Below, in pieces: positions 1 to 9,343 of a stretch of 64,000 nt of DNA. Made by a program: the position numbers and the translations under genes. Source of the DNA: a virus (lineage: Duplodnaviria; Caudoviricetes); IMG/VR virus record IMGVR_UViG_2847686936_000003, positions 3,507 through 67,506 of that record. The stretch is one strand, 5' to 3'. Positions within the stretch are counted from its first letter, which is position 1. Each line of letters begins with the position of its first letter. The notes beneath the pieces were generated by a model. That model saw only the letters and a program-made list of their open reading frames with translations, made no database searches and was not told where the DNA came from.

Positions 1-197
1 TCGCTCCCTTTGAGGCTCGCCGGCCTGTAGGTCTCGACGAGGTTGCTATTGACGATCGCCGTGATCGCTCGGTTGGCGGTGGCTTCGAAATTGCTGAAAC
101 GGCCCTCCCGCTGGAGGATCGTCAGTATGCGCTCGGGGTGATCTGCTTTCGCGGGATATCGTCGAGACCGACCGACCAGCAGTCGATGAAGAACATC

Positions 198-434
198 TCA
201 GTTTCGCCCGGCGGCTAGGCTCATGGCTGTGCCTCCGGAGCGCGCTCGAGTCTCAGGTAGCCGAAGCCAGGCCCCGAAAGGATCTTGTGGCCAGCCGCAC
301 GCAATTGGCGCACGTAGCGATATACGGTGCGGGGTGCAGATGCCGACTCGCTCGGCCAGCATCTCGGCCGTGACGACGTCGGGACCGATCTCCGCCAGGA
401 GCTGGTCTCTTTTTAACTCTTGGATGTCGCTCAT
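198..434 (-). CDS. hypothetical phage protein
   Basis: ORF overlaps the upstream gene's stop in a tightly packed leftward operon. Confidence 0.45.
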   Translation of the reverse strand: MSDIQELKRDQLLAEIGPDVVTAEMLAERVGICTPHRISLRAPIACGWPQDPFGAWLRLPETRARSGGTAMSLAAGRN

Positions 435-685
435 AGTAGCGATCCTTGTTCGGCAATTGAGGATGGAAGTTCGATCGAGGAAGTCGCGGTGATCGGCATG
501 GGTCGGTACCCACGGGCCATCTTCACTAAGTCTCCAAACGGGTTTTCGCGTTTGAATTCACCAATGCGGTTGAGATTGACCCACTGCGCCGCGTGGTAGC
601 CGAACATGTAGAACTTGTAGCGGGCGAGGGCGTCCCATGCCTTTTGCTCCGCGGTCTCCATCGCCGCCAAGATCCGCTCAGACAT
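431..685 (-). CDS. hypothetical phage protein (MSERILAAMETAEQKAWDALARYKFYMFGYHAA...)
   Basis: Coupled ORF with protein-like composition; start trimmed from the longer ORF-track entry. Confidence 0.7.
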   Translation of the reverse strand: MSERILAAMETAEQKAWDALARYKFYMFGYHAAQWVNLNRIGEFKRENPFGDLVKMARGYRPMPITATSSIELPSSIAEQGSLL

Positions 686-1076
686 CATTGGCTCTCGCGA
701 TGAGTTTCGTCTTGAGCTTCCCGCCCTTGGCTTTGGTCTCGATCGAGATCGGCACGCCCGGGCGCTGCTCGAAGATCGTGGCGAGCACCTTGCGAACCTG
801 GTCGGCGCCGGGCGCATCGGTGGCGAGGATCATCAGCGCCGCGTCGGCGAGCGCCTGATTGATGTTGGCTGCAGTGGCAGCGACCGAGGGGGCGGCGCGC
901 ACCCTCGCCCGGCTACGCCGCCGGGCGAGGCGGAAATATTCCCGCTTTTGATCCTCGTTCAGGCTGGTGAAGCTTCCCGGCTTTGGCGCGTTCTTCGCCG
1001 CCAGCAGCTCATAGAGCTGCGTCAGCGCCTCGTCGGGGCTCTTTTGCTTTTGGACATGTCCAATTGGAGTTTCCAT
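678..1076 (-). CDS. hypothetical phage protein
   Basis: METPIGHVQK...; overlaps neighbours at both start and stop. Confidence 0.7.
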   Translation of the reverse strand: METPIGHVQKQKSPDEALTQLYELLAAKNAPKPGSFTSLNEDQKREYFRLARRRSRARVRAAPSVAATAANINQALADAALMILATDAPGADQVRKVLATIFEQRPGVPISIETKAKGGKLKTKLIARANDV

Positions 1077-1255
1077 CAGGGCGCCGCCGCCAGCAAAATG
1101 CCTATCAGGATCAGCAGCGCGCCGATGAACCCGACTATCGCGCCGAAGACATATCCCTCGATCGGCACCCATCGACCGGTGAAATCGAGGTAGGCGCGCC
1201 GGCCGCAAGCGCTGAGCATGATGATGAAGCCGGCGGCCAGGAAGAACGTGCTCAT
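1076..1255 (-). CDS. small membrane protein
   Basis: Two hydrophobic segments (MSTFFLAAGFIIML..., YVFGAIVGFIGALLILIGILL); TGATG coupling. Confidence 0.65.
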   Translation of the reverse strand: MSTFFLAAGFIIMLSACGRRAYLDFTGRWVPIEGYVFGAIVGFIGALLILIGILLAAAP

Positions 1256-1473
1256 CAGGTGCCCGCGATGTTGGTGTGCGTGGTGATGATGTTCGCGCCG
1301 CCGTCGGCGCGACCAGGATCCGAGTCGGCCGGCGCAAGCCGGAAATAATTGAGCGCGGCTTCGGAGACGGCGCACTCCGCCAGGTCCTCGACCGACCGGC
1401 CTTTCTCGGCGGAAATGGCCTTCATGCGAGCTGCGGTCATCTCGTCGACATACACGGAGATGATCGGCATCAC
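1255..1473 (-). CDS. ribbon-helix-helix-like DNA-binding protein
   Basis: IISVYVDEMTAARMKAISAEKGRSVEDLA fits the RHH/CopG pattern. Confidence 0.55.
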   Translation of the reverse strand: MMPIISVYVDEMTAARMKAISAEKGRSVEDLAECAVSEAALNYFRLAPADSDPGRADGGANIITTHTNIAGT

Positions 1474-1706
1474 TCGCCGCCTTCGCCTCTACGAGGCCGC
1501 GCCTTGGTGATCAGCACCACCTCGCCGTTCGGATAGATCAGCTCGACTTGCTCGTTGCGGCCGATGCCGTCGAAGATCGTCGTCAGCTGGGACGTCAGGG
1601 ATTCGTTGGCGCGCTCCAGCAAATCCATCTTCGCCTGCGTCTGCGCCTGGGCGATGCGCAGTTGGAGGTCCGAAATCCTCGGGGGGTGCGCTACTTCGTT
1701 AGGCAT
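1470..1706 (-). CDS. hypothetical phage protein
   Basis: Coupled ORF with a coiled-coil-like segment. Confidence 0.65.
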   Translation of the reverse strand: MPNEVAHPPRISDLQLRIAQAQTQAKMDLLERANESLTSQLTTIFDGIGRNEQVELIYPNGEVVLITKARPRRGEGGE

Positions 1707-1906
1707 GGGTAAGTCTCCTCGTTATGGTCAGGGGTAAAGGGTATGAAGCCGCAGCTCGCCTTGAAGCCGATGAAGGGGTGGTTCATGAGATCCCAGTCCA
1801 CCTCCATGTGGCAGGCCCGGCATTCTTCCATGTGATCCATGCCGCAGCGGGTCGACCTGGTGGCCGCGCCCTTGCATGCCGCCTTGCGTGGATCATGCTC
1901 GCTCAT
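1691..1906 (-). CDS. small Cys/His-rich hypothetical protein
   Basis: MSEHDPRKAACKG...CRACH...; ATGA overlap with the upstream gene. Confidence 0.45.
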   Translation of the reverse strand: MSEHDPRKAACKGAATRSTRCGMDHMEECRACHMEVDWDLMNHPFIGFKASCGFIPFTPDHNEETYPCLTK

Positions 1907-2157
1907 GCTGCCTCCTCGTCGGGCGTCAGGTCGGCGTAGGGCGCGAAGCCCCGAAACTGGATGCCCGTGTGCAGCAGCTCGCCCCACTCACCCCCGCTGT
2001 CGCGATAGATGATGCGACGCTCGCCATAGGCGGCCAGGCATTGCTCGACGACGCGCTCGGCATCGTTGGTCACGCTCGGCAGGTCCGGCCGGCAGCGGTC
2101 CGCAATGAAGACCATCCCAGGCGTGACGGCGAGCTCGGCGTAGCTGGCGCGCCTCAT
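1903..2157 (-). CDS. hypothetical phage protein
   Basis: SVTNDAERVV...IIYRDSGGEWGEL; coupled ORF. Confidence 0.7.
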   Translation of the reverse strand: MRRASYAELAVTPGMVFIADRCRPDLPSVTNDAERVVEQCLAAYGERRIIYRDSGGEWGELLHTGIQFRGFAPYADLTPDEEAA

Positions 2158-2564
2158 CGAAAACCCCTGTGGAGCTTCGGGAAAGGCCGGCTCGGGATCT
2201 TCCGTTTCGGCTTACCCTTTCCGGTCCGTCCCTCGAGCCGCTTCGTCTTCGCGATCTCGCGTTGGTCGACCGGTGTTTTGACGCCATGCGTGGGCTTGTT
2301 CAGCGCCACGATGTAGTCGAGCGCGCACGATGGCGGGATGGTGTCATGCGCTTCTGGGTCCCAGCGCCGCCGCTGCAACGCCGGATCGTGATCGAAGTGA
2401 ACACCGTCGAGCGGGTTGAGCCGCGCGCCGCTGGGCTCCTTGCCCCCTTGGCGCACGACGATCTCAAGCTTCTCGCGGACGCTGAGCGCGCGCGGCCGCC
2501 AGTTTTCGGGCGGACCGAGCACCTGGGCGCCGTGGTCGGGAAGGAATGCGATCCGGCCGGCCAT
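2154..2564 (-). CDS. HNH-like (degenerate) protein
   Basis: HFDHDPALQRR...THGVKTPVDQREIAKTKR resembles phage HNH-family proteins, but the usual Cys pairs are absent. Confidence 0.5.
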   Translation of the reverse strand: MAGRIAFLPDHGAQVLGPPENWRPRALSVREKLEIVVRQGGKEPSGARLNPLDGVHFDHDPALQRRRWDPEAHDTIPPSCALDYIVALNKPTHGVKTPVDQREIAKTKRLEGRTGKGKPKRKIPSRPFPKLHRGFR

Positions 2565-2566
2565 GA

Positions 2567-3673
2567 TCAGCCCGCGCTCGGCGGAGCGAGCGCAGCGAGC
2601 CTCCGCGCCTTGATCTTGTCGGCCAGCTGGCGACTGCTCTCGTCGTCGTGGAATTGATCCTCGACGTCGAACTCGGTCCAGATTTCCTCCACAGCCGCGG
2701 TCGACTTCGCACCTTGAAGGGCGATCTGGAAATCCTCGAAGAACTTGCCGTAGTCGAAGGCCGCTGGTTGCTCCTCCTCGGCGGCTTCTGCGCCGTCGTG
2801 CATGCCCTCGACATCCTTGTCGAACCCGTTCTCGGGGATAGGGTCGACGGCGTCGAGGCCGGGCACCGGTGGCGGCGATGGCGGGGTAAGCCTCGCCCTG
2901 GGTGCCGGCTCGTCGTCGTGGTGCTCGATCAGATCGCCGGCGATCTCGCGGGCCTCGAACTCGTCTCGCACGCCGCCAAGAACGTCGCCGAATAGCTCGC
3001 GCAGACAGAAACCAGCTGCGCGCCATTGCTTCATCCGCTTGGGATGGCGGAACCAGGAGGAATCGTTAGGCACGTCGTCCCACACATGCTGATTGTTTTT
3101 CCAGACCTTGCCGCGACGGGTCGGACGTTCGTCCCAGAGGCCGGCTTGCTTGGCATCCGCGACCGAATAGGCCTCGACCTTCATTTCCCCTGTGTCGGAG
3201 CGCACCGCCTTGCACCAGCCGATGGTGCGCTCGTCGACGGTGTTCATCTGGGCAACCACGTCCTTGTGCAGGCCGAGATTGAGGAGCGCCTCTTTCGTCG
3301 CATCGCGCAGATAGCCCAGCTCGACCGATTTCGCTCTGCCCGACTTTCGAACGACGTTGATCAGTCCGTCGCCGTAAAGCGCCGGCTTGCCGCCGATGAC
3401 GGTAAAGCTGCGCAGCGCCACCATGGGCGGCAGGCCGAGCTCCGCGCCGGACATGATGACGATGGCCACGGCGCTGGTGCCCTTCTTGCCCCAACGCTTC
3501 CAGGCGTCGTCGCCGGCATCCTCGGCCGGTTCGCGACCGACAAGCGCCTGTGGCGCCAGACCGGCCTCGACGATCATGGTGGCGAGACGCCACGTTTCCT
3601 CGATCGACTGAGGGATTATGGCGCTGATCGCGCCGCCGACCATAAGGGCCGGTACCTGAGCCCGTTCGTTCAT
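2567..3673 (-). CDS. RecT-like single-strand annealing recombinase
   Basis: GAELGLPPMVALRSFTVIGGKPALYGDGL...AKQAGLW...W...PKRMKQWRAAGFCLRELFGDVLGG, with an acidic/Pro-rich tail. Confidence 0.75.
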   Translation of the reverse strand: MNERAQVPALMVGGAISAIIPQSIEETWRLATMIVEAGLAPQALVGREPAEDAGDDAWKRWGKKGTSAVAIVIMSGAELGLPPMVALRSFTVIGGKPALYGDGLINVVRKSGRAKSVELGYLRDATKEALLNLGLHKDVVAQMNTVDERTIGWCKAVRSDTGEMKVEAYSVADAKQAGLWDERPTRRGKVWKNNQHVWDDVPNDSSWFRHPKRMKQWRAAGFCLRELFGDVLGGVRDEFEAREIAGDLIEHHDDEPAPRARLTPPSPPPVPGLDAVDPIPENGFDKDVEGMHDGAEAAEEEQPAAFDYGKFFEDFQIALQGAKSTAAVEEIWTEFDVEDQFHDDESSRQLADKIKARRLAALAPPSAG

Positions 3674-3855
3674 TTCCAATCCTCGGGGTTGAAGCTGTTG
3701 GCGCGCCAGGTCCGGCGCATCTCGTCCTGCTCGATGCACATGTCGTTCCACGCGAACCAGAAAGCGGCGGGGCCTTCGCGTAAGAGCCGACTGCAAGCAG
3801 CGCTGATCATCACGGGCAGCCAGAAAATGACGATGGCAACGCGGACCAAGCGCAT
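3670..3855 (-). CDS. hypothetical protein, hydrophobic N-terminus
   Basis: ORF fills the gap between flanking genes. Confidence 0.5.
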   Translation of the reverse strand: MRLVRVAIVIFWLPVMISAACSRLLREGPAAFWFAWNDMCIEQDEMRRTWRANSFNPEDWK

Positions 3856-3857
3856 AG

Positions 3858-4169
3858 CTATTTGTCCACGTCGTCGAAGAACGACCGGTTGCCGTTCTCG
3901 TCGAGCAGCGTTCCGTCGGGCGACCACTGGTGCCGGCCGTTAGGATGCTTGGCGGCGCGCTGCTCGTCGGTGCGCACGTCGATTGCGAGGATGGCTGTCT
4001 TGGCGGCGTCGGAATGATCCTTAATCTCGGCGACCGTGACGGACGTCTCGCGGCCGCGAACAGGCACCATGACGCGGGAGCCGACAGCCACGTCGAAGGC
4101 GCCGGCGAAATAGTCGTAGGTTTTGTCGCTCTCGCCGAATTTCACGGCGACGATCTTCTGGTCGGTCAT
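3858..4169 (-). CDS. hypothetical phage protein
   Basis: MTDQKIVAVKFGESDKTYDYF...GSRVMVP; coupled to the upstream gene. Confidence 0.75.
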   Translation of the reverse strand: MTDQKIVAVKFGESDKTYDYFAGAFDVAVGSRVMVPVRGRETSVTVAEIKDHSDAAKTAILAIDVRTDEQRAAKHPNGRHQWSPDGTLLDENGNRSFFDDVDK

Positions 4170-5287
4170 GCTGCCCTCTTGTCTGGAACCCGCTCCATGC
4201 CGGCCGGCAGGGCGGCGTCTTTGTTGCGCGCGATGCGGCCTGCGATCTTCTCGATCGCCTCCCGGACCTCCGGCTCGTCTTTCAAGGCCACAACCAGCGC
4301 GTCGTAATCGGTGATGTTCGCGACCCAATAGGTGTGCAGGGACATCTTGGCGCCGGTCCTGCCAGCGAAGACCGGACGGGCTTGGGCCTCGCGTGCGGCT
4401 TCCGCTGCGCGCTGGGCCAACTGCCTTGCCTCAGCCTCGGCTTCGAGCCGCCGGGCCTCCTGGTCGCTCTCCTGTGCGAACGAAGATGCGAGGCCGGGTG
4501 AAGTGTCGGCTTCGCGCTGAGCCTTCTCCTCCTCGGCCGCGCGCGCGACGTCGGCCGCCCGCTGCTCAGCCGCCTCTGCCTCGCGCCGAATGCGATCTGC
4601 GTCCTCGCGAGCCTTGCGCTGGCGCTCCTGCTCCAGGCGGTCCAGTTCTTTCAGCCACGCCTCACCATGCCTTTTCAGCTTCTTGGCGAGGTCCTTGGCA
4701 TCGGTCCGCAGATCGCGCCATTTGTCATCGACGGCGTTGCCGCCATCGAGCCAAGGACGCTTCTCGACGTTGAATTGTTCGTCCGCCTTGGTGGCGATTC
4801 CGGCGAGCCGCTTTGCCCAGACGCCCGCCTGATCGGCCTGCTCCTGGGTGCTGATCGGCTTTTTGAGGAAGCCCTCGACCGTCTCCTTCTCGGCGGCCAG
4901 CTCAAGGGTCAGGTCTTTGTGCAGATCGCCGGTTTTGGCCGGGAGGTTGTGTTCCTTCGAAACCGACGGAGGCTCATCTGGCCAAGGCTCGCCGGCCAGC
5001 ACCGAATGATAGAGCGCTTCGGTGATCGGGTTGCGGCAAGCATAGTTCCAGACCCTATCGGCCTCCGCTTCCTTGCCGCCCTGCAGGCAGATGACATTGC
5101 CCGATGCGTCGCGCCAAATGGCAACAGGAACCAGGGGCGCATCCTTGAATGGACGGTTCCTGAAAAATCCTGACTCCGGGCTGTCGGCAGAAGGGGCAAG
5201 CAGGAGCAGCTGATCGTTGGTCAGCTCGCGATATCCGCCCGCCAGTTTCAAGGCCTGACGCCACCATGCATATTGGTCCGCCGTCAT
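4166..5287 (-). CDS. early phage protein with long coiled coil
   Basis: First gene after PL; E/A/R-rich helical centre; function not recognised. Confidence 0.8.
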   Translation of the reverse strand: MTADQYAWWRQALKLAGGYRELTNDQLLLLAPSADSPESGFFRNRPFKDAPLVPVAIWRDASGNVICLQGGKEAEADRVWNYACRNPITEALYHSVLAGEPWPDEPPSVSKEHNLPAKTGDLHKDLTLELAAEKETVEGFLKKPISTQEQADQAGVWAKRLAGIATKADEQFNVEKRPWLDGGNAVDDKWRDLRTDAKDLAKKLKRHGEAWLKELDRLEQERQRKAREDADRIRREAEAAEQRAADVARAAEEEKAQREADTSPGLASSFAQESDQEARRLEAEAEARQLAQRAAEAAREAQARPVFAGRTGAKMSLHTYWVANITDYDALVVALKDEPEVREAIEKIAGRIARNKDAALPAGMERVPDKRAA

Positions 5288-5537
5288 CCGTCTGTTTCCT
5301 TTTGTGTTACACGTGAAACCATTTTGGCAACGCAATGGGCGCGACGAAGCGGTCGCGGGGCGCAGTGCTGCTTAGATTGGGAGAACCCGGCCGAGCTGGT
5401 GCGGGCGAATGGTGCGGGGGTCACACCGGCCCGGCCGGGAACACGCAGATACTCAACACATGACCGCGAGGCATGATGGGAAAATACAACCAGGGGCAAC
5501 TGGGCCATCGGTCTAGCGATCCTTCTGCGTGAATAGG

Positions 5538-5587
5538 ATCGTAACCGATTTGGTACGTTTTGCAAGAGCTGTACCCAAATTGGTTAC
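5538..5587 (-). promoter_or_regulatory. PL promoter (TTGCAA-N16-TACGAT) overlapped by two operator sites (OL)
   Basis: gtaaccgatttggtacg at 5541-5557 and gtacccaaattggttac at 5571-5587 flank or overlap the -35 and -10 boxes. Confidence 0.7.
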
Positions 5588-5610
5588 ATCTCGCGCAAAA
5601 AAAATGCAGA

Positions 5611-6210
5611 TCAGAGTGTGGAAATCCTCAGCCGGGCGCGTCCGATGACCTTCAAGTCCTTCGGCTGGACGGTTTCGTTGACCGCCGCGGGGTTGTCGTT
5701 GTGGACCTGGACGGCGCCTGCCGTCGTGGGCGAAAGGTAGCGCCACTGCACCGCGCCGGCGATCTCTAGGGCGAAGATGCCGGGTCGATTGGGGGTGTTG
5801 TCGTCCAGATCGATCACAAGCGCATCCCCTTTGGCAACAATGCCATTGGCCTGGTAGGCGTCGACCATCATGAACCGGAGGTTGTGGCCCGTTGAGTTCG
5901 GCAGCATCCGGGCCAGAAACTCAGGATCCAGCACGAGGCCTGGCGTTTGATTTTTGCCGCCGGCGATCTCGAACACCTGGTTGAATTTGCTGACGTCAAT
6001 CGCCGCAAGCTCCGGAAACATAAGCTCTTCCGGCCTGACATTGAGGTGCGGCGCGATTCGCTCCGCCCACTTCAACGTGAGTTTCCGGCCGTTTGGGCCA
6101 TCCTCTTCCTCGAGGCGGCCCATCTGGGGCCTTGTGGTGCCAACGCGACGCGCAAGCTCAGCCTTGGTGAGCCCGGCTTTCTCCCGGAAGTGCTTAATTC
6201 CATTCGCCAT
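5611..6210 (-). CDS. CI-like repressor: XRE HTH + S24-like C-terminal domain lacking the Ser-Lys dyad
   Basis: IKHFREKAGLTKAELARRVGTTRPQMGRLE HTH; GDALVID...GIFAL...VIGRA S24 scaffold; divergent from the Cro-like gene. Confidence 0.85.
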   Translation of the reverse strand: MANGIKHFREKAGLTKAELARRVGTTRPQMGRLEEEDGPNGRKLTLKWAERIAPHLNVRPEELMFPELAAIDVSKFNQVFEIAGGKNQTPGLVLDPEFLARMLPNSTGHNLRFMMVDAYQANGIVAKGDALVIDLDDNTPNRPGIFALEIAGAVQWRYLSPTTAGAVQVHNDNPAAVNETVQPKDLKVIGRARLRISTL

Positions 6211-6246
6211 ATCAATGCGGTAGCTCAAAACGATTTCCTGCGAAAC

Positions 6247-6297
6247 GGTGCCAGAATGGTTACAAACCTTGACTTGTAACCAAATTGGTGACAAAAC
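6247..6297 (+). promoter_or_regulatory. PR promoter (TTGACT -35 at 6269-6274) with OR operators
   Basis: gtaaccaaattggtgac at 6276-6292 fills the spacer; second degenerate site at 6247-6263. Confidence 0.7.
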
Positions 6298-6303
6298 CCG
6301 CCC

Positions 6304-6540
6304 ATGGAAAACCTGCATCAACTGACGAAGTGGCGTGAAGAACGCAATCTAAGCACTGCCGACGTGGGCCGGATGATCGACTGTACGCGGCTGACAGTCG
6401 ATCGGTACGAGGCCGGCCGGATGCCCAGGCAACCATATCTCGACCGCATCGTCGTTATGACCGACGGTGAGGTGAACGCAAACCATTGGTTGGGCAGGGA
6501 GGCGGCAGATGTTGTTGCACAGTGCCGGACTTCGGCTTGA
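6304..6540 (+). CDS. Cro-like HTH regulator
   Basis: LTKWREERNLSTADVGRMIDCTRLTVDRYEAGRMP; divergent from CI. Confidence 0.85.
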   Translation: MENLHQLTKWREERNLSTADVGRMIDCTRLTVDRYEAGRMPRQPYLDRIVVMTDGEVNANHWLGREAADVVAQCRTSA

Positions 6541-6769
6541 CCCGAGATACGATCCACACGGTTCCTCGTTCCGTCCGAAATTGGTCGGCGCGTTCAACAA
6601 CTTCCCAAGCCGCAACTCCAAGCGGTTTCCAGCAATCATCGTCATGGGCCATCGGCATTCCCCTTGCGGTTGTCGCGATGATGGCGGGGAAATTGTTGGA
6701 TGTGTCCGACAAGGCATCCGAGAATCCCGATGGGTCGTCGTTCCTTCTCCTGTTTTTTGTGAGGAATCG

Positions 6770-7060
6770 ATGCAGGATATTGCTGCAGAGCTACAACAGG
6801 TGGTGTTCAAAGCCGCCGGAACTATCAAACCAGGTATGGGCATCAAAGCTCAGATCAACGCTGCCTGTGACGCGCTGGGCTATCCGCGTGGCCACTGGCG
6901 GGTGAGGGATGCTTGGTACGGCACCGCTTCCAACTGGAACGGCAAAGCCATCTTCGACCTCCTCGGCCGCTACAACCGTTTGTGCCAAAAGGCAGGCTCC
7001 GATGTGGAGCCGGTTAACGAACCTGTAGCCGTCATCGCGAAAGCTTCGAACAGGGGCTGA
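6770..7060 (+). CDS. CII-like hypothetical regulator
   Basis: Position downstream of cro; IKAQINAACDALGYPRGHWRVRDAWYG. Confidence 0.55.
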   Translation: MQDIAAELQQVVFKAAGTIKPGMGIKAQINAACDALGYPRGHWRVRDAWYGTASNWNGKAIFDLLGRYNRLCQKAGSDVEPVNEPVAVIAKASNRG

Positions 7061-7154
7061 TTTTGACGGAGGTGTGATTTCCTCCGCCAATTACTTCCGC
7101 CTTAGGTCCGCACGGATGTTTCAGGTTGAAACATTCCCAGGAGGTTTAATAAAA

Positions 7155-7364
7155 ATGAAGCAGACTGACGGCGGGCAGGCGGTAAACGGTGAAGTAAAGA
7201 CAGTTATGGCCGGGTTTTGTCATACAGCAAGGAGCATTGGATCGGCTGCCGCCGAGCGAAGTGCAACTGTGCATCTGGTGGCTGCAGCGGCATATCTGGG
7301 AGAAAACGTCGGTCCTACCATGACTAAACAAATCCTGTCGGCGGTGTTGGCGTCGATTGGATAG
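7155..7364 (+). CDS. hypothetical protein
   Basis: GAGG SD ~10 nt upstream; 69 aa. Confidence 0.45.
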   Translation: MKQTDGGQAVNGEVKTVMAGFCHTARSIGSAAAERSATVHLVAAAAYLGENVGPTMTKQILSAVLASIG

Positions 7365-7441
7365 GCAATGAACTACCGCATTGAACGGCAATACCATTTG
7401 TAGCTTGTAGGATTGCCGCTCCTCGCAGTTGAGAGAGCGAC

Positions 7442-7744
7442 ATGACGATAATTCGTAAGCATGGCCCGAGACCGGTCCGCGAGGATCGGGCCTTCGTGTA
7501 TGTGATGACGGCTGAGCACGGCGGGGTCAAGATCGGGATGTCGACCGATCCCACCCGCCGCTGCAAGGCCGTAAATCGCAACAAGGCCATCAAAGCGGTG
7601 GTGGTGTTCCAGCGGCACTTCGCAGACCATCAGGACGCTGAGCGGCTCACCCACATTGCCCTGGCCAAATGGCACCTGTCTGGCGAGTGGTATAGTTGCC
7701 CGGTTGAAACCGCGGTCGCGGCAGTTGAGGCACTGCCAACATGA
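7442..7744 (+). CDS. GIY-YIG / T5orf172-type protein
   Basis: FVYVM...VKIGMSTDPTRR...AERLTHIAL...GEWY. Confidence 0.8.
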   Translation: MTIIRKHGPRPVREDRAFVYVMTAEHGGVKIGMSTDPTRRCKAVNRNKAIKAVVVFQRHFADHQDAERLTHIALAKWHLSGEWYSCPVETAVAAVEALPT

Positions 7745-8642
7745 GCCATGCCGCCACAAATTGGGCCATAACCCAGCGCGGGCTCAAACCTGCCACGCGC
7801 ATCGTCCTCTGGCATCTCTGCGACCGCCACAACCCCGACCTTGGCTGCTTCCCGTCCCAAGACAAGCTCGCCTATGACTGCGAGATGTCGCGCTCTGCGC
7901 TCAATGAGCATCTCAAGATCCTGGAGCTGACCGGCCTAATCCGCCGGGAGCAGCATATCAACCCCCGCACCAAACAGCAGGAGAACACGCGCTATCGGTT
8001 CGCGTTCGAGGCCGATTTCGTCACGGCAGAAGATGTGGTGGAGCCGAGTCCGGAATCTGGACACGGGGCCGAGTCCGGAAAAGAGGGCGAGCCGTGTCCG
8101 GAAAATGCCTATAGCCGAGTCCGGAATCCGGACACTAACCCTGTAAGGGAACCAGTAAGAGAACCTCCAGGGCGCGCTGACGCGCCGGGCGGAGGGATTT
8201 CGATATGCTGTGGTCCTCATGGCCAGAGAAGATGCGACCGGACAGCCGGGAAGCGGCTGCGAAGACGTTCGCAAGCCTTGAAGCTGACGGCAAGGCGCTG
8301 GCGGTTGCGACGGCGGGGACCTATCGAACAACCATGATCCTTCGGAAGGAAAAGCCCATGATGATCCCCTTCCTGAAAAAGCAGCTCTTCCTCGAGTTCC
8401 ATGGCGCGCCACCCATCGACAAGGACGGGGATTTCGTGATCACCCCCGAGCGGCCCGAGTGGGGCGCATGGCTGGGCTCGATCCGCCGCCACTATGGTGA
8501 GCCGGGCGTGCAAAGCACGATTAAGTGTCGTCGCATCCTACGGAAAACACGTTGGCCGAGTGATCTTTCGCTTGCCAATCGTGTAACCAATTTGGCAATA
8601 TCTGGAACCGTAACGGATACTGCTTCGGCGGCTCGGGCATGA
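7741..8642 (+). CDS. phage replication initiator (N-terminal wHTH), split by a 1-nt frameshift at ~8195
   Basis: IVLWHLCDRHN...CFPSQDKLAYDCEMSRSALNEHLKILE; adding one G to the GGG at 8194-8196 joins it to ORF 8205-8642. Confidence 0.75.
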
Positions 8643-9343
8643 TGAAGATGAAGCGCCTTTTTCTCGATACGCCCGCCGAGCTGGAGAAGCGGATCGACCG
8701 CTTTATCGAGCACATGCGGCATGCCGAGGACATCTTCTTCACCAAGAACAGGCGGGGCCTGCCCACGCCGCGCCACCTGCTCTGGATACTGTTTGGCGAC
8801 GCCGTCGACACGGCCCGAAACATGCCCGACTTCGAACGCCGCATGGTCTCCAAGGTCGGATCGGCTATGCCCTCGTCGCGAGAGACCGAGCATCAGGCCT
8901 ATGTGCGCGAGCTGTCGCGCATGGCCGACGGGATGCCACAGTACGACAACACCGAAGTTCGCATCGTGGTTCACCAGTCGGCCGCCGATCGCATGGTCGA
9001 CATCATGGACCTTCTCCGCTTCGTGCGGGCAGGGCGGCAAGGGCAAGACGCGCAGCGCTACAAGCGGACGTTCCTGGCGCATGCCGGCGGCCACGGCGTC
9101 GAGTTCTGCACCCGCGTCTGGGACCGGCACCGCGTCGAGGTCATGTCGAGGCAGGCGTTGCACGACGTCAAGAGCCGCGTCCTGGGCCAGATCCTTGTCG
9201 GCATCGAGAAGGAGTTTGGCCTCGTCCGCACCAACCGGAGCTTCCGGCGCAAGACCGTTCGGGAGATCGACCAACTTCGGAGGGAACGCAAGCGCGAGGA
9301 GAAACGTCGCCGGCGTGAGGAGCAGGAAAACAATGCCGGTTGA
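8639..9343 (+). CDS. hypothetical phage protein (possible transcription regulator)
   Basis: Coupled ORF with a basic C-terminus; operator-like site at 8583-8599 upstream. Confidence 0.7.
   Translation: MMKMKRLFLDTPAELEKRIDRFIEHMRHAEDIFFTKNRRGLPTPRHLLWILFGDAVDTARNMPDFERRMVSKVGSAMPSSRETEHQAYVRELSRMADGMPQYDNTEVRIVVHQSAADRMVDIMDLLRFVRAGRQGQDAQRYKRTFLAHAGGHGVEFCTRVWDRHRVEVMSRQALHDVKSRVLGQILVGIEKEFGLVRTNRSFRRKTVREIDQLRRERKREEKRRRREEQENNAG

Noticed and set aside
1-197. Partial leftward ORF at the window edge (ADHPERILTILQREGRFSNF...)
   Set aside because: Start frame is ambiguous (possible indel) and truncated by the window; no integrase motifs recognisable
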